From NCBI GenBank assembly GCA_965238005.1, contig OZ250165.1, positions 2,016,001 to 2,080,000 of the forward strand: a stretch of DNA of 64,000 nt. Direction: 5' to 3'. This DNA comes from Longimicrobiales bacterium. GTDB taxonomy: Bacteria > Gemmatimonadota > Gemmatimonadetes > Longimicrobiales > Gaopeijiaceae. Below, piece after piece: positions 47,372 through 56,829 of the stretch. The notes below the pieces were generated by a model. It saw only the letters and a program-made list of their open reading frames with translations. It did no database searches and was not told where the DNA came from. Within the stretch, counting starts at the first letter, position 1. Every line of letters begins with the position of its first letter. Made by a program: the position numbers and the translations under genes.

Positions 47372-47459
47372 AAAAAACGCGGGCCGGGAGCGGAACCAGC
47401 CACTTCCCGCCAAAGTGCGCTGGTGACGGCGGACCGTCTTAACACCACTCCCGTACCCG
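47372..47459 (-). ncRNA. Candidate structured leader RNA with U-tract upstream of argG
   Basis: Three-way junction by eye: P1 47445-47459/47380-47393, P2 47425-47438, P3 47395-47424, then U6. Confidence 0.45.
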
Positions 47460-47463
47460 GTCG

Positions 47464-47532
47464 TTTTTACAAATATCCGACAAGGTCGAATATTTATGCC
47501 CCAAGCATAGGGAAGTAATGGGACGGTGTCAA
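47464..47532 (-). promoter_or_regulatory. argG sigma70 promoter with two putative ARG boxes
   Basis: TTGACA(47532-27)-17 bp-TATGCT(47509-04); 18-bp AT-rich boxes 47485-47502 and 47464-47481 spaced by 3 bp; argR adjacent. Confidence 0.75.
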
Positions 47533-47605
47533 GTCTTGCAAACTTAACAAGAACCTAATGCCAAACAAGGATCTCGTGTGTCGGGGAGGGGCCTCTTCAG
47601 CCTCC

Positions 47606-48067
47606 TCACCCCGGATCCCCACCCGCAATTTCTATCAGTCGGTCACGGATGGTAGGCATATGTTTCCGGTCCCTGAGGACCACGATAATGGTGTCCTCGC
47701 CGGCCACGGTGCCGATCACCTCGGGCCAGTCCTCCCAGTCGATGGCCGTGGCCACGGCGGCGGCACCCGACAACAAGGTGCGGATGACGACGAGGTTCTC
47801 CGTCCCCTCGGCCGAGAGGAAGAGGATGGGCAGCAGGGTGCCGAGTGGGGGCTTGTGCTCCCACGCCTCCGGCAGCCGGTAGTACGACACGCCCTGGGCC
47901 CCCCGGACCTTGACGAGGCGGAGCTCCCGGATGTCCCGGGAGAGTGTGGCCTGCGTTACCTGGATCCCTTCCTTTCCCAGAAGCTCCCGCAGGGCCTCAT
48001 GACTGGTGACCCGGTTGGACTTCACCAGGTCCAAGATGACGGCCTGCCGCTCTTGCTTGCTACTCAC
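47606..48067 (-). CDS. argR: Arginine repressor
   Basis: VTQATLSRDIREL, GTVAGEDT. Confidence 0.95.
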   Translation of the reverse strand: MSSKQERQAVILDLVKSNRVTSHEALRELLGKEGIQVTQATLSRDIRELRLVKVRGAQGVSYYRLPEAWEHKPPLGTLLPILFLSAEGTENLVVIRTLLSGAAAVATAIDWEDWPEVIGTVAGEDTIIVVLRDRKHMPTIRDRLIEIAGGDPG

Positions 48068-48527
48068 TGCTCGACACCGTTCCCACGGCTTGCTCCACCA
48101 TGTCCCGGACCTTATCGGGCTCGAAGCCGACGCTCCTCGCCATCTCCTCCCCTCCCTTGAAGAGGATCAACGTCGGGACTCCTCGTATGCCGAGGCGTTG
48201 GACGATGTCCTGGGCGCGATCCGTATCCACCTTGGCAACCAGCATCTCGCCCGTGTGCGCACCGGCGATCTCGTCCACCAGGGGGGCCACCATCTTGCAC
48301 GGCCCACACCAATCCGCGTAGAAATCGACGAGGACGGGCGCGGTCGAGCCCAGAACCGTACGGTCGAAGTCCTCTGCGGTCACCTTCACGGGCCGGTCCA
48401 GAAGCATGGGCTTTCCGCAGTCGCCACATGCCGGCCGGTCCCCTGCCCTGCTCAGATCCAACGCGTTCAGCTTCAGGCAGAACGGACAGCGCACCGTCAC
48501 CCGGTTGTCCTTCCGATCCTCATTCAC
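48060..48527 (-). CDS. trxC: Thioredoxin 2 (zinc-ribbon thioredoxin)
   Basis: CPFC..N..CGDC and WCGPC. Confidence 0.93.
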   Translation of the reverse strand: MNEDRKDNRVTVRCPFCLKLNALDLSRAGDRPACGDCGKPMLLDRPVKVTAEDFDRTVLGSTAPVLVDFYADWCGPCKMVAPLVDEIAGAHTGEMLVAKVDTDRAQDIVQRLGIRGVPTLILFKGGEEMARSVGFEPDKVRDMVEQAVGTVSSSE

Positions 48528-48692
48528 GCACTACCTCACTCACACACTACCTCCTGCCGGGTTCGGCGATCGGTACCCCAAAAGGGGGTCGTCCAGTTCC
48601 TCCCGACAATGCCAAAGCGGGGCTCGGAGACGCTTCCCCGAGCCCCACCTGAAGCCGCCACCGACCGATGTCTACCGACCGCGGCCGAGTTC

Positions 48693-51533
48693 CTAGAACA
48701 GGTCGTACTTGATCTGGGCCATCACAAACTGTCCGATCTCGGGCACGCCGACGAAGCTCCGGTACGCCTCATCGAAGAGGTTCGAGACGGTCACTTGAAG
48801 CGTGGCCCGCGTGTTCGGGATCTTGTATCCCGCCGTGACGTCCACCAGGGTGTACCCGTCCACGCACTCCTCCTCGAAGAGGAGGGTGTTCGCGGGACGA
48901 CCGGTCTCACAGGTGATGCCCGTGAAGCCGGCCGACTCCGCCGGGAATCCGGCGTTTGCCCGAACACGGACTTCGGCGTTGAAGCCGGCCCGGGCGTTCC
49001 GGTACGCCAGCGAGAGCGAGCCCTTGAGCGCGGGCGCATTGAGAGCGATGGGAGCGATGCCGTTTTCGATCTCGGTGAGGTCGAAGTAGTCGTCGCTCAC
49101 CCAGGATCCCGTGGCGGCCAGGGTCCACTCGTCGTTCAGGAAGGCCTTCACCGCGAAGTCGGCGCCGTACATGTCCAAGTCGCCGGCGTTCACGTAGGTG
49201 AACAGCAGGTTCGCCGCGCTGGCGTTGACCCCGTCGGACGAGACCACGCCCAGGGGGACATCTTCCAGGCCTTGCTCGCCACCCGCTCCGTCACCGCCGT
49301 TGGCCAGCAGAGCAGCTTGGTCTTCAGCCAGGCCCTGGGCTATGGGCTGTGGGAGACCCGTCTGCGCCATGATGGCCCCGGTCAGTCGGGGCACCAGGAA
49401 TTCGATCATGGAGGCACCGTCGAGGAGGAAAAGCGGCGTCCTGACGACCAAGGGCGAGACGAAGTCCTTCCTCTTGGAGTACCAGACGTCCGCCGCGATG
49501 AGGACCTTGTTGTTGACGAGGCCCTGATACCCCACCTCGAAGGTCGTCGACTTGCTCTCCTTGAGCTTCCCGACGTTGCGCACCGACCCGCTGGTGAGAG
49601 GTGCCACGGCACCGGTGCTCAGATCCAGGAAGTTGATATCGATGTCGGTGCTGGAGGGGCTCAGGCTTCCAAGGAAGGCCGCGGTGGCGCCGTCGATGGA
49701 TCCCTGAGCGGCGAGAAAGCCGACACCGAGCTGCCAGAGCGTGGCCGCGTCGACGGGAAGGAGCTGTCCCGGACCGCCCGGGTTGAAGGGCGAGCGCATC
49801 CCGACGAGGCTTCCGTCGGGATTCACGAACGTGAAGCCCTGGCTGGTGCCCTGGAGCCGCACCCGATAACCCAGGGGGGACAACGCACCTGCCCCGCCAG
49901 CGGAGATGTCCAGGAACATGTTGAGCGTGCTGGGCTCGGAGAAGGCCCGGTTGTAGGTGAAGCGGATGCTGTGGTTATCCTTCGGCTCGAAGACGAGGGC
50001 CGCCCGGGGCGAGAAGACGTTCTTCTCGAGCTCGGAGTGCGTGTCGATCCGGCCGGCCAGCACCAGGTCCAGCTTCTCCGAGAGCTCGGTCTTGGACTGA
50101 ACGTAGACCCCGAACTGAGTGAGGTTGTCGTCGTCTTCGTACCGGCCGTTGATCGTCCCTTCGGTCCGCGGGTTCGTGGAGAAGTAGTCGACCCCGTAGG
50201 TGAAGTCGTACTTGCCGTCGGAGAGATCTCGGCCGTGCTGGATCTGCCCCACGAAGAGCCGGGATTTGTCGACCAGGGGCGCGCCGTCACGCAGCAGGAA
50301 GCTGTTGCCGGCATCGCTGGTGTTGAGGTACACCTGGGCGAAGAGCCGGTCCACGTTCATGCGCGTCTGGAAGTACTGGTACTTCCAGTCCTTGGTCTGC
50401 CCCCCGCCCCCCCCAGTGAGCTCGATCCCCGACGAGTTGGTGAGCCCGTAGTTGAGGCTCAACCGGCCGTCGTCGACGAAAGCCCAGTCGGCCCTGGCGT
50501 CCACGGATTGGCGCTGGAAGTCGAAGTCCCGATTCCCGACGTTGCCGAGCGCGGCGTCCGCCTCGGCCTGGGTCAGGCCGCGAGCCAGGCGCTCCGCGAT
50601 GAACGCGGTGGGATCCTCAAAAGCGGCCGCTCGATTCGCCTGCTCCTCCGGATCCACGAAGCGCCACTCGTCCCCCGCCACCGCCTGCCCGGAGATCTTG
50701 AAGGCGAAGTTGTCGGAGAGCTTGTGGACGGTTCGGAACGAGCCCTGGAACACCTTCTTTCCCTGTCCGGCGGCCAGCGTGACGGTGGTCCCCTGACTGG
50801 TGAGGGGCGACTTGGTAATCATGTGGAGGACGCCGTTTGCCGTCTGGGGGCCGTACAGCGCCGAGCCGGGCCCCAGAACCACCTCGATCCGCTCCAGGTC
50901 TTCACTGATGGACGGGACGAAGTGGATGAGGTTGACCTGGATCGAAGGAAGGCCGGCGAGCCGGTTGTCGGTAAGGACGTGTAGGGCCCCGGAGAAGATG
51001 TTGTTGAAGCCCCGAATCACGACGTTGGTGGCCTGCGTTCCGTGCGAGATGACGTCCACGCCCGGCACCGCCTTCATGTGATCCACGAGAGTCACCGCCG
51101 GCCGCTCCGCGATCTCGGTTTCGCTGACCACGTGGGTCGTGGCGGGCGCGTCCGTGTTCTTCTCTTCCCCCCGAGATGCCGACACGACGATTGCGTTGAG
51201 CTCCAGGGCCTGGGACGTCATGGTCACGTCGAGCGTGGTGGTGGAGCCGGCTCGGATGGAAATGCCGTCCTGGCGGTAATCGCGGTACCCGAGGCTCGAG
51301 ATGATGATCGCATACGTGCCGGCCGGTGCGGAGAGGGTGAACCGCCCGGCGTCGTTGGTGAGCGTCAGGGGGGCCCCGCCGCCCAGGACCTCGACTCCGG
51401 CATTGACCAGGGGCATGCCCGTCTCCGCGTCGGTGATGGTTCCGGAGAGCGCTCCGGTCTGGGCGGCCGCAGGGCTCATCCCAGCCAGAAGGAGCCCCAG
51501 CGAAACGGCCCACATCGTAGGCTTCAGGCGCAT
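48693..51533 (-). CDS. TonB-dependent receptor with N-terminal carboxypeptidase-regulatory-like domain
   Basis: GTITDAETG.PL, IERIEV.LGPGSALYG-type plug, C-terminal NLFD...KYDLF. Confidence 0.9.
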   Translation of the reverse strand: MRLKPTMWAVSLGLLLAGMSPAAAQTGALSGTITDAETGMPLVNAGVEVLGGGAPLTLTNDAGRFTLSAPAGTYAIIISSLGYRDYRQDGISIRAGSTTTLDVTMTSQALELNAIVVSASRGEEKNTDAPATTHVVSETEIAERPAVTLVDHMKAVPGVDVISHGTQATNVVIRGFNNIFSGALHVLTDNRLAGLPSIQVNLIHFVPSISEDLERIEVVLGPGSALYGPQTANGVLHMITKSPLTSQGTTVTLAAGQGKKVFQGSFRTVHKLSDNFAFKISGQAVAGDEWRFVDPEEQANRAAAFEDPTAFIAERLARGLTQAEADAALGNVGNRDFDFQRQSVDARADWAFVDDGRLSLNYGLTNSSGIELTGGGGGQTKDWKYQYFQTRMNVDRLFAQVYLNTSDAGNSFLLRDGAPLVDKSRLFVGQIQHGRDLSDGKYDFTYGVDYFSTNPRTEGTINGRYEDDDNLTQFGVYVQSKTELSEKLDLVLAGRIDTHSELEKNVFSPRAALVFEPKDNHSIRFTYNRAFSEPSTLNMFLDISAGGAGALSPLGYRVRLQGTSQGFTFVNPDGSLVGMRSPFNPGGPGQLLPVDAATLWQLGVGFLAAQGSIDGATAAFLGSLSPSSTDIDINFLDLSTGAVAPLTSGSVRNVGKLKESKSTTFEVGYQGLVNNKVLIAADVWYSKRKDFVSPLVVRTPLFLLDGASMIEFLVPRLTGAIMAQTGLPQPIAQGLAEDQAALLANGGDGAGGEQGLEDVPLGVVSSDGVNASAANLLFTYVNAGDLDMYGADFAVKAFLNDEWTLAATGSWVSDDYFDLTEIENGIAPIALNAPALKGSLSLAYRNARAGFNAEVRVRANAGFPAESAGFTGITCETGRPANTLLFEEECVDGYTLVDVTAGYKIPNTRATLQVTVSNLFDEAYRSFVGVPEIGQFVMAQIKYDLF

Positions 51534-51744
51534 GAAACGACCTCTCGATCAATGGTGAGGGGACGTCTGGGATCGTGCCTGACCCCAAGCAGTCCTTGCC
51601 GTGAGGCCCCGTCAAGGCGCCCGGCGCCGCCTCACGGGCGAGCGGGACAGACCAGCACCGGGTTGCGAGGCCAAGGTACACCAGGGACAATAGGTGAGCA
51701 ACGTTCGTTTACGCCGTTCTTCAGGCTTCTCTTGACAGTCCTCC

Positions 51745-52719
51745 ATGACCTCGATTCCCCACATCGATCACCTGAACGCGGCTCGAGCGCGAATCTCCGC
51801 CGCGGTGCATCGGACACCCACGGTTTCCAGCCGCACGCTCTCGGAGCTTGTCGGCCGCCCCGTGCTCCTGAAGTGCGAGAACCTGCAGAAAACGGGCTCA
51901 TTCAAGGTGCGGGGGGCCCTGAACCGCATCCTGGACCTCGACGAGCCCAGCAGGGAGCGCGGTGTGGTGACCATCTCGGCCGGCAACCACGCACAGGCCG
52001 TGGCCTGGGCCGCAGCCCGGACCGGCGTCTCCGCTACCGTGGTCATGAACGCCCACGCCTCGCCGACCAAGGCTCGGGCCACGGAGGAGTACGGTGCGGA
52101 GGTGATTCTCCAGGGGACCGTCTTCGAGGCCTTCGACCTGGCTCTGGAAGTGGCCGAGGACCGGGGGCTCACCTTTCTCCACGCCTTTGACGACCCGCTG
52201 ATCGTGGCCGGGGCCGGAACACTCGGCCTCGAGGTCATGGAGGATGTGCCGGACGCCGCCACGGTGGTGGTGCCCATCGGTGGCGGTGGCCTCATCTCCG
52301 GCGTTGCGCTGGCCGTCGCGAGTCTCAGCCCAACAGTCCGAGTCTTCGGAGTCGAGCCCAACGGGGCATGCGCCATGCGGCAAAGCCTGGACAAGGGCGA
52401 GGCCGTCACCCTGGACAGCGTGAACACCGTGGCCGATGGCCTGGGTGCGCCGATGGCCGGTGAGCTCAACTACGAGATCGTCCGACGCCACGTGGAGGAC
52501 GTCATCCTGGTGAGCGACGACGAGATCAAGGAGGCGATGGCGTTCATCCTCGCCCGCACGAAGCTCCTGGCCGAGCCGGCGGGGGCTGCCGGGGTGGCGG
52601 CCCTCCTGGCCGGAAAGATCCCGTTGGCCGAGGGGCCCGTGGTGGCCGTGCTCAGCGGCGGCAACGTGGACCTGGAGCGTCTGCCGGACCTTCTGGCCGA
52701 CGCCGCCCCCGAGCACTGA
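51745..52719 (+). CDS. Threonine/serine dehydratase, catalytic domain only (PLP fold II)
   Basis: KCENLQKTGSFKVRGA, SAGNHAQ, GGGGL, ADGL, EPAGA, SGGN. Confidence 0.9.
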   Translation: MTSIPHIDHLNAARARISAAVHRTPTVSSRTLSELVGRPVLLKCENLQKTGSFKVRGALNRILDLDEPSRERGVVTISAGNHAQAVAWAAARTGVSATVVMNAHASPTKARATEEYGAEVILQGTVFEAFDLALEVAEDRGLTFLHAFDDPLIVAGAGTLGLEVMEDVPDAATVVVPIGGGGLISGVALAVASLSPTVRVFGVEPNGACAMRQSLDKGEAVTLDSVNTVADGLGAPMAGELNYEIVRRHVEDVILVSDDEIKEAMAFILARTKLLAEPAGAAGVAALLAGKIPLAEGPVVAVLSGGNVDLERLPDLLADAAPEH

Positions 52720-52721
52720 CC

Positions 52722-53468
52722 GTGTGCCGGCTTACCGCTTATCTGGGAGCTCCCCTGGAGGCCGACGCGCTGGTCTTCGGTGGAAGCCACTCGCTCTACG
52801 AGCAGAGCTACATGCCGCAGGAGCTAATACACGGGAGCGTCAACGCCGACGGATACGGAGTCGTCTGGTATCGCGATCACAAGCCGGTACGCGTTGTAGG
52901 GTCCCGGCCCATCTGGCAGGACGGAGAGCTGCGGGGTGTCCTCGAGTCCAGTACGTCCCCGATGATCCTCGCCGCGGTCAGGAACGCCACGCCGGGGATC
53001 CCGGTGGACGACAGCGGCAACTTGCCCCTAACCCATGGGCGCTGGAGCTTCATCCTGAACGGCTTCGTGGAGGACTTCCGAGCGAGCTACATGCGCACCC
53101 TTCGGTCCGGCCTTCCCGACGACCTATACGGGGAGCTCAGGGGCTCGTCGGACAGCGAGACTCTCTTTCTGCTCGCGGTCTCAGCCCTCAGGGACGGCGT
53201 CTCGCTCGCGGGGGCACTGGAGCACGTGCGGACCGTAGTGGTGGAAGTCCTCCGGATCGATCACCAGACCCAGCTGACCATGGTCCTGGCCGACGGGGAG
53301 GGCCTTGCCGCCCTCCGGACCGCCTCGGTCGAGGACACGAACTCGCTGTACCTCGCATCCGGTCACCCCATGGCGCCCGGCGGCACCCTCCTGGCCTCCG
53401 AGCGCCTGGACGACGACGGGTCATGGAATCCGGTGGATACAGACCAGGTCATGCAACTCGTTCTGTGA
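52722..53468 (+). CDS. egtC: Class II glutamine amidotransferase, ergothioneine biosynthesis EgtC
   Basis: N-terminal C-R, NADGYGV.WY, PIWQD, AAVRNATPG, DSE, ASERLD; beside egtD/egtB. Confidence 0.85.
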   Translation: MCRLTAYLGAPLEADALVFGGSHSLYEQSYMPQELIHGSVNADGYGVVWYRDHKPVRVVGSRPIWQDGELRGVLESSTSPMILAAVRNATPGIPVDDSGNLPLTHGRWSFILNGFVEDFRASYMRTLRSGLPDDLYGELRGSSDSETLFLLAVSALRDGVSLAGALEHVRTVVVEVLRIDHQTQLTMVLADGEGLAALRTASVEDTNSLYLASGHPMAPGGTLLASERLDDDGSWNPVDTDQVMQLVL

Positions 53469-53598
53469 TAGTAAGTTGACACCAGCGACCGAACAAAGTA
53501 CTGAATGCGTGGGTAGCCCTGGGATCCGGGACGCGGGCCGGCCATCGACCGACTCGTAGTGCGCCCGGACATAGGTACGGTTACGCCCCGAGCGAGGA

Positions 53599-54564
53599 TC
53601 ACACGGGGGATCCCAGCACCATCGAGTAGAGGCCACCCTCGTCGTCACACCACCGGTCCACCCGGAGGCCGGCCTCACCGAACAACCCGTCCACGGTGGG
53701 GCGATCGTACTTGCAGCTCAGCTCCGTGCGAATTGACTCTCCCTCGGCGATCCGGACGGGCTCCTCGCCGGGGATTCTCACTTCCTGCGGGCTCAGAGCG
53801 ACAAGGTGCATCTCGATGCGCCCAAACTCGTCCAAGTAGAACGCCTCGTGCCGGAAAGCCGAGAGGTCGAAGTCCGTCCCTACTTCCCTGTTGAGATTCG
53901 CGAGGATGTTGAGGTTGAACTGAGCGGTCACGCCCTGGGCGTCGTTGTAGGCCGCCTCGAGCAGCTCGACGCTCTTGTCGCGTCCTGGTCGTTGGTCGGC
54001 GCCCAGCAGGAAGAGATCCGCCTCCTTCATGGATGATCGCACGTTCCTGAGGAGGTCCGCGTCGGCTCCGGGCTCGAAATTTCCCAGGGTGCTGCCCAGA
54101 AGCACGAACAGCACCGGAGACGGCAGGTCTTCGGTGAAGTCAAGCGGGGTGGTGATGTCCTTCACCTGGGGGTGGATGTCCAGCGAGGGGTAGTCCTCCC
54201 TCAGCGCGCTCGCGGTCGCGCGGAGAAACTCCCCCGCGACGTCAACGGGCGCATAGGCCCGTGCGCGTCCGGCGTCCACCATGGCGGATAGGAGGATCCG
54301 TGTTTTTTGAGCGCTTCCGGCGCCCAGCTCCACGAGGGAGGCCGGAGCCATGTCGGTGACCCAGGCTGCCACCTCATCATGGAGTAGGCGCCGCTCCGAC
54401 CGCGTCAGGTAGTACTCGGGAAGCTCGGTGATCGCCTCGAAAAGCTCCGAGCCCCGGGTATCATAGAAGTACTTGGACGGAAGCTGCTTCTGAGGCTGGG
54501 CCAGGCCCCACTGCGCGTCCTCCAACATGCGGGCACGAGCGCCCTCCACGGTCCCGATCACCAA
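53599..54564 (-). CDS. egtD: L-histidine N-alpha-trimethyltransferase (start uncertain, 54528-54579)
   Basis: KQLPSKYFYD.RGSELFE.IT.LPEYY.TR, ELGAGS..KT, GSTLGN, AYND..GVTA.FN.N, RIEMHL, TELSCKY. Confidence 0.93.
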   Translation of the reverse strand: MVIGTVEGARARMLEDAQWGLAQPQKQLPSKYFYDTRGSELFEAITELPEYYLTRSERRLLHDEVAAWVTDMAPASLVELGAGSAQKTRILLSAMVDAGRARAYAPVDVAGEFLRATASALREDYPSLDIHPQVKDITTPLDFTEDLPSPVLFVLLGSTLGNFEPGADADLLRNVRSSMKEADLFLLGADQRPGRDKSVELLEAAYNDAQGVTAQFNLNILANLNREVGTDFDLSAFRHEAFYLDEFGRIEMHLVALSPQEVRIPGEEPVRIAEGESIRTELSCKYDRPTVDGLFGEAGLRVDRWCDDEGGLYSMVLGSPV

Positions 54565-54571
54565 CGTGCCC

Positions 54572-55897
54572 TCAGCCGTCCCGGGCGCACCGGAGCCCAC
54601 TGAAGATCTGGCGGCGGATGGGATAGTCCCAGTTTCTGAACGTGCCCCGGATGGCCCCTGCCCGGGTGGCCCACGCGCCACCGCGCAGAACTTTGTATTC
54701 GTCCCCAAAGAACACCTCCGAGTACTCGGGATAGGGGAAGGTCTGGTATCCAGGGTACGCCCGGAAGTCGGAGGACGTCCACTCCCAGACGTCGCCGATC
54801 ATGCCGTAGCAGCCTATGGGTGACACGTTGCGCGGGTAGCTCCCTATAGGTGCGGTCTGGAACGAGAGCGCGTCGATGTTCGCCAGTTCGGGGGTTGGAG
54901 GCTCCTCACCCCACGGATAGGAACGCTTCGACCCGGTGTCCGGATCCCAGGTAGCGGCCGCCTCCCACTCGAGCTCGGTGGGTAGCCGCTTCCCGGCAAA
55001 CCGGCCATACGCCTCCGCCTCGTGGAAGCACACATGGCAGACGGGCCGCCGGGGATCGAGGGGCCGCACGCGATCCATGACCAGTACCGTCCATCCCTCC
55101 CCTTCTCGCCGCCAGTGCTTCGGAGCCGCCACCCCGGACTTCTGGAGCCAAGCCCATCCCTGGTCCGACCAGTGATCCCGATCCTGGTAGCCGCCCGCCG
55201 CCACGAAGCGGCCGTACGCTTCCTCGTTCACCGGAGCAGCGTCGACGAGAAACGGAGCCAAGTCGACCTCATGCCGGGGTCTCTCGTTGTCGTAGGCCGT
55301 GCTCCGATCGTCGGTGCCGATCTCAATCCGTCCACCCGGAAAGCGAACCATCACGTCGTTGCCGAACGGGTGAGCGGCGGGGGGCACCGGCACCGGCCAC
55401 CGCTTCGGAGGCCGGTACGGGTCGCCACGCTTGAGCTGAAGCGTTTGGAGGATCGTCTCGTTGTGCTGATACTCGTGCTGGAGCACCATGCGGAAGACGA
55501 ACCCATCCCGGATCAGAGGATCATCCCCCTCGAGGTCCAGCGCCGGGAGCCGGTCGACCACGGTGCGGCGGGTCCGGTCCAGGAACTCCCGGCATTCGAC
55601 AGTTCCTGGCAGTGGTACAGCGGATCGCACACTCCGGGGATTCTCGAACGGATCGTACATGCCACGAAGCCCCTCCGACCCGTCGGGGCCGCCGTCGACG
55701 CTTTCCACCAGCCAGAGCTGCTCGAAGTGGCCGATGTGCCCGAGGTCCCAGACGATGGGGCTCATGAGCGGATCATGTTGGACGAGCCGGTCCTCGTCGG
55801 ACACAGTGCTCACCAGCAGGAGGGTGCGACTCCGAGCTTCCGTGAGGAGGTCGACGATCTCATCCGTCCGGAGGTGCCGACCAACGTGAAGATCCAT
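54572..55897 (-). CDS. egtB: Ergothioneine sulfoxide synthase (DinB + FGE-like domains)
   Basis: SPIVWDLGH, QHEYQHNE iron-binding triad, DNE.P.H, YPEYS, RNWDYPIRRQIF. Confidence 0.92.
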   Translation of the reverse strand: MDLHVGRHLRTDEIVDLLTEARSRTLLLVSTVSDEDRLVQHDPLMSPIVWDLGHIGHFEQLWLVESVDGGPDGSEGLRGMYDPFENPRSVRSAVPLPGTVECREFLDRTRRTVVDRLPALDLEGDDPLIRDGFVFRMVLQHEYQHNETILQTLQLKRGDPYRPPKRWPVPVPPAAHPFGNDVMVRFPGGRIEIGTDDRSTAYDNERPRHEVDLAPFLVDAAPVNEEAYGRFVAAGGYQDRDHWSDQGWAWLQKSGVAAPKHWRREGEGWTVLVMDRVRPLDPRRPVCHVCFHEAEAYGRFAGKRLPTELEWEAAATWDPDTGSKRSYPWGEEPPTPELANIDALSFQTAPIGSYPRNVSPIGCYGMIGDVWEWTSSDFRAYPGYQTFPYPEYSEVFFGDEYKVLRGGAWATRAGAIRGTFRNWDYPIRRQIFSGLRCARDG

Positions 55898-56064
55898 CCG
55901 TTCTGTTCCCCTGTTCGCCCCTCACGCGTGCGCTCGCGGAGCCACAACCTAACCCGGGCCGTGTGTGGTGCGAACCCCGACGGGCCGAGCGCTGCGTTTC
56001 GCGGCCCAGGCTCCGACCTCACTCCCACCCCTGCGGATTCGGTCTTTCCTAGCTATCGTTGGGA

Positions 56065-56829
56065 ATGCTCGACGATGCCCTACCCGACGACGCCCCGGCC
56101 CTGTGCGCGGAGGGCGTTGGCAAGCGATACGGCACGGTGCCCGTACTCGACGGTGTCTCCCTCAGCGTGGCCAAGGGTGAGGTCGTGGCCCTGGTGGGCG
56201 AGAGCGGCGCCGGGAAGACAACGCTGCTCCGCCTGTTCAACCGGATGGTCTCCGCCGACTCCGGCCAGGTCTTGGTCGGGGGCCGGGAGATCGGGATGCT
56301 CAACGCGGTCCGGCTGCGCCGGTCCATCGGGTACGTGCAGCAGGAGGGCGGCTTGATCCCCCACTGGACGATTCTTCGAAACGTCGCTCTGGTCCCCTGG
56401 CTCCGGACCATGGGCTCGCCCCATGACCTGGCCCTCAAGGCCCTCCGGTTGGTCGGGTTGCCGCCCGAGGAGTTCGCCAAGCGGCACCCACGCCAGCTCT
56501 CCGGCGGCCAGCGCCAGCGCGTGGCGCTGGCCCGTGCCCTGGCGGCCGAGCCGGAGATCATTCTACTGGACGAGCCCTTCCGGGCTCTGGATGCCATCAC
56601 CCGGGGGGAGCTGGTGGAGGCGGTCCAGGAGCTCCTCCATGAGATCGGCGTCACGGTGCTCATGGTCACGCACGACATCCGAAGCGCCCTCCACATGGCA
56701 GACCGGGTCGCGGTGCTCCGGGGCGGACGGCTCGAGCAGGTGGCGGAGCCACAAGTCATACGTACGGCCCCCGCCACCAAATACGTACGGCACCTGCTGG
56801 AACGCGCCGGCGCCGGAGGGATCGAGTGA
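56065..56829 (+). CDS. ABC transporter ATP-binding subunit, OpuA/ProV type
   Basis: GESGAGKTT, LRRSIGYV.Q..GL.PH, LSGGQRQR, LLDEPF, VTHD. Confidence 0.92.
   Translation: MLDDALPDDAPALCAEGVGKRYGTVPVLDGVSLSVAKGEVVALVGESGAGKTTLLRLFNRMVSADSGQVLVGGREIGMLNAVRLRRSIGYVQQEGGLIPHWTILRNVALVPWLRTMGSPHDLALKALRLVGLPPEEFAKRHPRQLSGGQRQRVALARALAAEPEIILLDEPFRALDAITRGELVEAVQELLHEIGVTVLMVTHDIRSALHMADRVAVLRGGRLEQVAEPQVIRTAPATKYVRHLLERAGAGGIE

Noticed and set aside
47372..47459. T-box riboswitch upstream of argG
   Set aside because: No GGTGGNACC T-box motif, and the leader is too short for a canonical stem I
48006..50984. 992-aa plus-strand ORF
   Set aside because: Antisense shadow of the TonB receptor and trxC; expected in high-GC coding DNA; no motifs
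53476..53504. TTGACA-17 bp-TACTGA, possible antisense promoter into egtD
   Set aside because: The -10 element lacks the conserved final T and there is no supporting downstream structure
54572..55897. Selenoneine synthase SenA or ovothiol OvoA
   Set aside because: No senB/selD neighbours and no C-terminal methyltransferase domain; egtC/egtD context supports EgtB
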